DNA of 64,000 bases from contig JAFCCL010000001.1 of NCBI GenBank assembly GCA_017610205.1, positions 172,327 to 236,326 of the forward strand, read 5' to 3'. Source of the stretch: Candidatus Iainarchaeum sp. GTDB lineage: Archaea > Iainarchaeota > Iainarchaeia > Iainarchaeales > GCA-2688035. The position numbers and the translations under genes were made by a program. Below the pieces are notes generated by a model. That model had not been told where the DNA came from and searched no databases. It saw only the letters and a program-made list of their open reading frames with translations. Below are positions 57,283 to 64,000 of the stretch, piece after piece. Each line of letters starts with the position of its first letter. The first letter of the stretch is position 1.

Positions 57283-57431
57283 AGAAAAACCTCCAATTTA
57301 TTGTAATAAAATATGTATATAATAGATTCTTTTAATTTAATAAACTTTCTGTTGTTTCACCAAATAATGAATCTGATTAGAAAAAGGGCTTTAAAAGATA
57401 GGGTAGAAGAGAAAAAAAAGAAAAAGGAAAA

Positions 57432-57448
57432 AGGGCTGAAAAAGCCCT
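57432..57448 (-). terminator. Hairpin followed by T-rich tract on the minus strand
   Basis: AGGGCT-gaaaa-AGCCCT with long A runs 5' on the plus strand. Confidence 0.5.
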
Positions 57449-57516
57449 CTTTTGATTTAATTATTGTTCTTAAACTGAGATTGTTACAACGCCACAACCA
57501 AAGGCAGACAAATTTT

Positions 57517-58122
57517 TTACTTATTAACTGCATTCCAAATAAGCTTTTTGAAGGGAATTCTTCCATAAACCAGCTCCCTTCCGCGAAAGTGCTTCAAAAC
57601 GTTTTCTTTTGGATAACCCATTTCAACCGCAAGCTTTGCGCTTAGGATATCTGCAAAAAGCTCTTCTGCCTGTTCGTAGGAAATTTTTTTTGCATCGGCA
57701 AACTTTCCCAAATTTTTCTTTGGAAAATGCGCATACTCATGTGCCAGAGTAAAAATTCCTTCAACTGTCAGCTTGCTTCCGTCAAACACATGCTCTGCAG
57801 GCATATTAATGTAATTGCTTTTTACAATAAAACGCTGCTTGCCCTTTTGAAAAATCTTAATTGCATTAACCTGCTCGCCTTTTACAACAGACGCAAAAAC
57901 CCTGCCGTGTTTGAAGAAAATCTTTTCCTTAAGTGTTTTCCTTGGATAAAAATAAATCGGCATGTTTACAACATTTTGCCTCATTCTTGCATAAAGGGCT
58001 TTTTCAACATTGGACTTTGCCTTTTTTTCAAGCTTGACAAGAGTATTAGAAGCAAGGTCCCTAAAATTTTCCAAAGCCCTTGTTCGCTCCTTGTCAAGAA
58101 TCTTTTTTCTAAAAAAACCCAT
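57517..58122 (-). CDS. Basic protein with HExxH zinc-metallopeptidase motif
   Basis: TLAHEYAH...EELFAD. Confidence 0.65.
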   Translation of the reverse strand: MGFFRKKILDKERTRALENFRDLASNTLVKLEKKAKSNVEKALYARMRQNVVNMPIYFYPRKTLKEKIFFKHGRVFASVVKGEQVNAIKIFQKGKQRFIVKSNYINMPAEHVFDGSKLTVEGIFTLAHEYAHFPKKNLGKFADAKKISYEQAEELFADILSAKLAVEMGYPKENVLKHFRGRELVYGRIPFKKLIWNAVNK

Positions 58123-58162
58123 ACAAGAGAAAAAGAAGTTTGATAATAAATAGTTATCGGCT

Positions 58163-59929
58163 TTATTCCAAAACAGCCTTTATTCTTCTCACACCAGCAC
58201 TGACACTTTCTTCCTTCTTTATTTTAAATTTTCCAATCTCACCAGTATTTTTTACATGCGGACCTGCACAAACCTCTTTTGAAACATCTCCAATAGTGTA
58301 AACTGAAACCTTTTCAGGAGCATACTTTGCGTCAAAAAATGCAAGAGCGCCCTTTTTTTTGGCTTGGTCAAGCGACATTTCTTTCCTTTGAACAGAAATC
58401 TTTGCATCAATTGCATTGTTTACAATCTTTTCAACTTCCTCAAGCTGTTCCTTTGAAACCTTTTCAGGGTTTGAAAAATCAAACCTTAATCTTTCAGGAG
58501 TAATGTTGCTTCCCTTTTGCTGCACATGTTCTCCAAGAACTTTTCGCAATGCAGCATGAAGCAAGTGGGTTGCAGTATGCATTCTTAATGCAATTTCAGA
58601 ATGGTCTGCAAGACCTGACTTAAACTTTCCGGTAGTTGACTTTCTTGAAAGCGCCTGGTGCTTTTCAAACTCTTTTTGAAACGCTTGCTTGTCAACTTCA
58701 AGGCCTTTTTCTTTTGCCATTTCAACAGTCATCTCCAAAGGAAAGCCATAGCTTTGATATAAAAGAAACGCGTCATTTGCGGAAATTTTGCCATGCTTTT
58801 TGAAAATCTTTTTAAACATTTTTACTCCCTGGCCCAAAACCTTTGCAAACTTTTCTTCCTCTGCCTCAATTTCTTTAAAAATTGCAACAGAATTTTTCTT
58901 AAGCTCAGGCCATTCATCACCATAAATTTCAACAACCTTTTTTGCAATCTCGCGGCAAAAGCTTCCTTCAATTCCCAAAAGCCTTCCATGCCTTACTGCT
59001 CGCCTAATCAGCCTTCGCAGAACATAACCTTGCTCTATATTACTTGGCACAATTCCTTTTCCCTCACTTAAAACAAATACAACAGCGCGAATGTGATCTG
59101 CAATAATGTGGGCACTTTTTTCATTAAATTCCCTTGCAAGCTGCTTTATCTTTTCCATTAGTGGCAAAAACATTTCTGTTTCGTAAACATTTCTCTTGCC
59201 CTGCAGCATTGCAACAGTTCTTTCAACACCCATTCCTGTGTCAACATTCATTTGCTTTAATTTTTCAAATTTGCCTTCAGCAGTTTTGTTATACTGCATA
59301 AAGACATCATTCCAAATTTCAAAAAACTTTCCACAATTGCAACCAGGTTTGCATTCCTTGCCACACGCTTTCTTGCCTGTGTCGTAAAATATTTCAGTGT
59401 CAGGACCACAAGGACCTGTCTTTCCAGCTGGGCCCCACCAATTGTCTTTTTTTTCAAAAAAGAAAATTTTCTCAGAAGAAATTCCCAAAGACAGCCAAAC
59501 ATTGGCTGATTCTTCATCCTTTGGAGCATCTTTGTCACCTGCAAAGCAGGTTACACTAATCTTTTCTTTATTCAATCCAAGCCATTTTTTGCTTGTTAAA
59601 AATTCATAACTCCATTCAATTGCCTTTTTTTTGAAGTAATCTCCAAGCGACCAGTTTCCCAGCATAAAAAAGAAAGTTAGGTGCGATTGGTCTCCTACTT
59701 CGTCAATATCCCCAGTTCTAATGCATTTTTGGTTGTTTGCAAGCCTTTTTCCTTCAGGATGCTGCTGTCCAAGCAAATATGGAACAAGAGGGTGCATTCC
59801 TGCAGCAGTAAACAAAACAGTTGGATCATGCTCTGGAATAAGCGACGCACTCGGAATAATTGCATGCCCATTTTCCTTAAAGAAATCTAAATAGGCCTTT
59901 GCAAGCCTTTTTGCAGTCCACATGGACAA
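58163..59929 (-). CDS. alaS: Alanyl-tRNA synthetase (short form, no C-Ala domain)
   Basis: DPTVLFTAAGMHPL, QKCIRTGD, GPCGPDTE, DTGMGVER, HTATHLL, CAGPHV, GVRRIKA. Confidence 0.97.
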   Translation of the reverse strand: MSMWTAKRLAKAYLDFFKENGHAIIPSASLIPEHDPTVLFTAAGMHPLVPYLLGQQHPEGKRLANNQKCIRTGDIDEVGDQSHLTFFFMLGNWSLGDYFKKKAIEWSYEFLTSKKWLGLNKEKISVTCFAGDKDAPKDEESANVWLSLGISSEKIFFFEKKDNWWGPAGKTGPCGPDTEIFYDTGKKACGKECKPGCNCGKFFEIWNDVFMQYNKTAEGKFEKLKQMNVDTGMGVERTVAMLQGKRNVYETEMFLPLMEKIKQLAREFNEKSAHIIADHIRAVVFVLSEGKGIVPSNIEQGYVLRRLIRRAVRHGRLLGIEGSFCREIAKKVVEIYGDEWPELKKNSVAIFKEIEAEEEKFAKVLGQGVKMFKKIFKKHGKISANDAFLLYQSYGFPLEMTVEMAKEKGLEVDKQAFQKEFEKHQALSRKSTTGKFKSGLADHSEIALRMHTATHLLHAALRKVLGEHVQQKGSNITPERLRFDFSNPEKVSKEQLEEVEKIVNNAIDAKISVQRKEMSLDQAKKKGALAFFDAKYAPEKVSVYTIGDVSKEVCAGPHVKNTGEIGKFKIKKEESVSAGVRRIKAVLE

Positions 59930-59962
59930 AAATGAGCTGGAAAAGGTTTAAAAGAAGGGTTT

Positions 59963-60814
59963 TCACCTGGCAAGAAAAATCTTTCCCTTTCTTATCCTGT
60001 CAACAAGGCCCTTAAGAGGGGTTTTTCCCTGATCAAACACTGAAACAAGCAGTCTGCCATCCTTTCCCTTACCCAAAACAAAGGCGTTCTTCATTATTGG
60101 GTCTGGTTCAATTTCAATCCCTGTTCCAAATCCGATTTTAGCTCCTTTTACCAAAAGACCATTTCTCTCATTCATAAGCTCTGCATCCATTCTTTCAAGT
60201 TCATTAAAAGAAATCTTATTCCTTTCCAAAAACCGGTAAATTTGTTCGTTTGTTAAAGCCTGGCCAAGTGGATGAGAAACCCTTTTATCCATTAAAGCAA
60301 TGTAAGCCTCCTCAAGGGTTGGAGCATTAACAAACTTTCTTACCTTTAAAAATTCTGAAACAAAGAACGTGCTAAGAGGCCTAATAATACATGTTTTGGT
60401 TGGCTGGTTTTTAAGCCAGTTAAATGCAAAAGTGTTTGCAAAAAATTGGGTAAAACCATCTGGTTCAGTTTTTCTGGAAACACTTCTCCTGTAAAGTTTT
60501 AAAACAAACGAAGGAACCCTGTGAGCCAAATCAGGCCTTTCCTGAATAAATTGAGCCTGCTCCGCTGAAAATAACCTAAACACTCTTGCGTGCTGTCCAA
60601 AACCAATCTCAACAGGGTGGACATTTTCAGAAAAGTGAACCCTGTCCTTTTTGTCAATCCTAACGCTTTTCAGCAACTGCCCTATCTTTTTACCGTGCCT
60701 CAAACCAAGATTTCGCCCGTTCTTGGTAATCAAAAGATTTGAACCAACCGGTCCTCTCTTGTGAATCATTACCCCAAAAGGAGTTTGCTGTCTCTTAACC
60801 TGCTTATTAAACAT
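59963..60814 (-). CDS. Protein-kinase-like fold orphan with basic N-terminus
   Basis: IGFGQHARVF (Gly loop), FVLKLY, DPIMKN (catalytic-loop-like), VFD. Confidence 0.55.
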   Translation of the reverse strand: MFNKQVKRQQTPFGVMIHKRGPVGSNLLITKNGRNLGLRHGKKIGQLLKSVRIDKKDRVHFSENVHPVEIGFGQHARVFRLFSAEQAQFIQERPDLAHRVPSFVLKLYRRSVSRKTEPDGFTQFFANTFAFNWLKNQPTKTCIIRPLSTFFVSEFLKVRKFVNAPTLEEAYIALMDKRVSHPLGQALTNEQIYRFLERNKISFNELERMDAELMNERNGLLVKGAKIGFGTGIEIEPDPIMKNAFVLGKGKDGRLLVSVFDQGKTPLKGLVDRIRKGKIFLAR

Positions 60815-60984
60815 GTTTAAAACTAAGGCGTTAAAAGTATAAATAGCAGATTGCTTGACTATTTCATTCCCACTGCAGCTTTGGATAACCTGCATTCATT
60901 ACACAAACATTTGTAAAGTCCCAAGGCAGGTAAAAAGTTGACTGCTAAGCCATTTCAGGAGTAGTCTTACTTGTGGCACCGCAG

Positions 60985-61725
60985 TTACTCATTGCAGGCA
61001 CAAAACCTCCTAAAATTAAATAACGAAATACTGCAATCCCCACTGGTTCCAGCATCCCTATAAGCACAGTAAAAATCAGTTGTGTTTCTGCCAGGCGCCA
61101 AAGACAGTGGCAAAGGCCAACATGGAAGCGAACTAGAGGCAAAATAATCACACAAGTCACAGGATTCATTGTCATTTTCCTGACAGGTTCCAACATTTCC
61201 TCCATGGACGCTGCAAACTTCAGTACAGTTTTCATCTACAGCTCCTTGATACCAACAATACCCATCCCACTCATATCCAGCGCAACTAGATTCCAGTTCA
61301 GGTTCTGATGCTGAACCACTTGCAGCAATTACAACATTTCTTGCAAGGTTTGCATGGTCGGTATATTCAAGGCTAACAGTTCCCAAGCCAGTTGACGAAC
61401 CAGTACAACTCAAAATCATTTCTGCTCCGGCATTTACAGTAAGAGGAAGACCACCCTCAAGAAAAGAACAAATAGAATAATCAGTTACAGCAACATTTGT
61501 TATTTTTATTGTTCCACCGGTAATATTCTGAAGTTTTATAATCGCATCTCCGCCTGAAGCAGAGCTTCCCTTCAACAAAATCCGTGTATTGCTACTTGAA
61601 AAAGAAACCTTGGAAGCAGGAGTTATTACAACAAAAACAAGAACAGCAATAATAGACGCATTTAAAATTAGAGCCCAACCATAAGTCATAAAATATTCTA
61701 ATGAGACTTCTTCTTTGTTAGTCAT
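60985..61725 (-). CDS. Type IV pilin-like surface protein with Cys-rich C-terminal domain
   Basis: MTNKEEVSLEYFMTYGWALIL N-terminus; GYCWY...CTEVC...RRFCAC. Confidence 0.75.
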   Translation of the reverse strand: MTNKEEVSLEYFMTYGWALILNASIIAVLVFVVITPASKVSFSSSNTRILLKGSSASGGDAIIKLQNITGGTIKITNVAVTDYSICSFLEGGLPLTVNAGAEMILSCTGSSTGLGTVSLEYTDHANLARNVVIAASGSASEPELESSCAGYEWDGYCWYQGAVDENCTEVCSVHGGNVGTCQENDNESCDLCDYFASSSLPCWPLPLSLAPGRNTTDFYCAYRDAGTSGDCSISLFNFRRFCACNE

Positions 61726-61894
61726 TTGAATAAAATAAGTCTTTAAAGTATTTAATTGTTTATTATAACAAAAAGTAAAAAAGTAGTGCAGTGGAAAACT
61801 TTCAGCAAAACTGAGCAAACCAAGAGGTTTGCGAAGCCTGTAAAGCTTTACTTTACATGTGTTTGCAAAAAAGCCCACTGCAATAAATAAAAAT

Positions 61895-62172
61895 TAGGGC
61901 AGTGGAGAGTAAGCCGCCTTTTGTTCACCCCGAAGGGTTGCCGGCATTTGTCTAAGCCGCTCTAAGGCGTTGCACCCGCTCTGTGTTCCGAAAAACCCAG
62001 AGATTAACCAGAGGCGCGTTTCATTCACCAAAAACTTTTTCTAAAAGCTTCAAATGATATCGTTTCTGTTCCCCTGGACTCCCTCTCGGAAGCTGTTTTG
62101 GAAATGGGAGGGCGGACTTTCCTCACTTCAAACCCTAAAAGGGGAAGCGTTAACCAGCCTTCCACTACCCTA
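61895..62172 (-). ncRNA. rnpB: RNase P RNA (archaeal)
   Basis: Minus strand GAGGAAAGTCCGCCC, ACAGAAAC, TGAAAC, AACAAAAGGCGGCTTA; terminal P1 pairing TAGGGTAGTGGA/TCCACTGCCCTA. Confidence 0.93.
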
Positions 62173-62275
62173 AAAATAATTATGTATAAAAGAGAATTTA
62201 AAGGTTGTGGTTTTGAGAAAAATCAATTTTTACTTTTTTTTGCAAGTATACAAATTTTATTTAAGAGATTGATTT

Positions 62276-62758
62276 TTAGGGTTTGAGCTCGAATCTTTTC
62301 TCAATTGTCTTTAAAATACGTGATGTTTCACTTTTAACATTAAGTGTTATAGAATGCAACACCCTTGGATTATGGGATAAATTGGAAATTAATCTGTTTG
62401 GAAAAGAGCGCAAAATTTTTGAGTCTTTTGGTGCAACTACTTTGAACTGTTTGCCGGAAACAAACATGCCAGAACGCGGAATTACAAAATCTGCATTTGC
62501 CGCTAACGCCCTTAGTTCAGTGGCACTTTTTCCCTCAGAGGAAAAAAAGGTTGAGACAACAGACGTAATGCCCCTTTTTTTTAAGGATGCTGAAAATGCC
62601 TTGCTCATGGCATTACTTAAACCACCAAAAGGACAAACAAAAACAACCCTGACAGGATTTTTTGCAGTTCTAACCTGCCTTGGCAGAGGTCTTAGCATTT
62701 TAACAAAAAGCGAAACTTTCTTTGTTTTATTTTTTAACCAAGGTCTTATTTTTCGCAT
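62276..62758 (-). CDS. Basic orphan with PTS-IIB/LMW-phosphatase-like fold
   Basis: VRVVFVCPFGGLS...ADFVI; MRKIRPWLKNK start. Confidence 0.5.
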   Translation of the reverse strand: MRKIRPWLKNKTKKVSLFVKMLRPLPRQVRTAKNPVRVVFVCPFGGLSNAMSKAFSASLKKRGITSVVSTFFSSEGKSATELRALAANADFVIPRSGMFVSGKQFKVVAPKDSKILRSFPNRLISNLSHNPRVLHSITLNVKSETSRILKTIEKRFELKP

Positions 62759-62864
62759 ATTTTAAATTAGGTTTTTAAGAGTTTAAAAATGTTATTAAAA
62801 AAAAAGATGGTTTGAGACCATACAATGGAAGTATTTCCGCAAGTAAGCTAATTACTCTTGCTTT

Positions 62865-64000
62865 TATTAAGAGCCCTCAGGTGTTTAGTACTGGTATGCT
62901 GAACAGGTCGCCGAAGCTCCTTGCTTACACAATCAGCCTATCAAACCGGTGTTCTACCGGCACCTTCGTCCCTACAACAAGCAGTCAAGCTGCCTGCTTT
63001 CAGGAATGGTTGTCTATTTTCAGGGGTTGCTTCGAGCTTAGATGCTTTCAGCTCTTATCAACTGCAGCGTGGCTACCCAGCAATGCCTTGTCAGACAACT
63101 GGCACACTAGAGGCTACGATGCCACGTTCCTCTCGTACTCATGGCATCTTTCCTTCAGACAACCGACAACTCCAACAGATAGGATCCAAACTGGCTCGCA
63201 CCGTTCTTAACCCAACTAACGTAAGGCTTTAATGAGTTAACACCTCCACCCTTGGCCGCTTATGCACGGCCAGGATGCCTTGAGACGACGGCGAGGTCGC
63301 AAACAGCGGGGTCGATGTGGACTCTCACCCGCTACCACTCAATTACCCCCAGGGTAAATTCACTGTTAGACCAGGGTTCCATTAACAAACACACTGGCGT
63401 TCGCTAGGCCCTTCTTTCAAACCCACGTTTCGTGCTGTGAGAAACATGGTTAAGCCTGCTTTTGCCCTTGCACTCTACTGCGAATTTCTAACTCGCATGA
63501 GCAGACCTTTGGGCGCCCCTGATATCTTTTCAGGGGCGTACCGCCCCAGTCCAACCGCCCATCAAATGCTGTCCCCTTGCAGGTTAGCGATATAGTTTTT
63601 AAAGGATGGTGTCCCATTGTTGCTCCACAATTCCTAGCGAAATCGCTTCGATGCTCCCATCTACTCTTCACTCCAAAAACCATACCACAACATCAGAATG
63701 CGGTAAATCTCCGTGGGGTCTTCTCTTCCCGTTGGAGTTATGCGGCATATTCACCGCAAAGCAAGTTCATCGGGCTCAAATTAGGGACAGCGGGAATCTC
63801 GTTACTTCGTTGGTGCAAGCCGGCAATAAACCGGCAAGGTATTACGCTACCGTGAGAGCCTCAGAGTTAGGCCCGCTCTTCACCAGCGCTTAGACCCCTT
63901 GAACAGGGCGTTCACGTACTGGCAGTGAGCAGAAGTCAGCAGCTATACGCATCCTTACGGACTAGCAGCCACCTGTGTTTTTGCTAAACAGTCGGACTCC
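62865..64000 (-). rRNA. rrl: 23S rRNA, 3' portion (runs off window end)
   Basis: Reverse complements of conserved 23S segments: AGTACGAGAGGAAC sarcin-ricin loop, CTGGGGCGG, GGTAGCGTAATACCTTGCCGG, GACTGTTTAGCAAAAACACAG; 3' end approximate. Confidence 0.97.

Noticed and set aside
57357-57566. 69-aa Cys-containing ORF as an alternative precursor
   Set aside because: Overlaps the upstream gene end and the terminator/poly-T tract, and has no clear RBS
58163-59929. Short AlaRS lacking C-Ala as a novelty
   Set aside because: Truncated AlaRS forms of this kind are already known in several lineages
62812-63893. ORFs inside the 23S rRNA region
   Set aside because: Spurious frames over rRNA

Overview
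AT-rich archaeal chromosome segment, most likely from a DPANN (Diapherotrites/Iainarchaeota-like) organism. The evidence is CCA-less archaeal tRNAs, archaeal-type LeuRS, a split GMP synthase B subunit, archaeal RNase P RNA and MTYGWA-type pilin-like genes; the taxon is inferred, not searched. Three accessory blocks stand out. (1) A ~23 kb element integrated at tRNA-Ser(TGA) (13-bp att duplication at 6759/29816) carries a tyrosine integrase, an Eco31I/Alw26I-family type IIS R-M system, a minimal VirB2/VirB6/VirB3/VirB4 module whose VirB4 has a C-terminal PD-(D/E)xK-like domain, HEPN and nuclease cargo, a GGDEF protein and an Arg-rich YxGPERR micro-protein. It is followed by small integrase-less cassettes each bounded by a copy of the tRNA 3' core TGTCGTTGG. 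(2) A second, decayed island at tRNA-Ser(GGA) holds a 0.56 kb TA cassette, an integrase remnant, a radical SAM-EEP nuclease-NUDIX operon and an IS remnant. (3) The best candidate for a new system is an ~8.3 kb RiPP-like cluster (48975-57282). It has five radical SAM/SPASM-type genes (three intact, two lacking CxxxCxxC), two stand-alone PqqD/RRE proteins and an unannotated 25-aa Cys-containing precursor-like ORF (MKSNFKLELKEIKFAGCMLNIAHCL), built around an embedded leucyl-tRNA synthetase. The backbone holds guaAB, argS, alaS, tRNA-Leu, tRNA-Arg, RNase P RNA, the 3' part of 23S rRNA and many orphan genes with strongly basic N-termini. All calls come from reading motifs by eye; no database searches were run.
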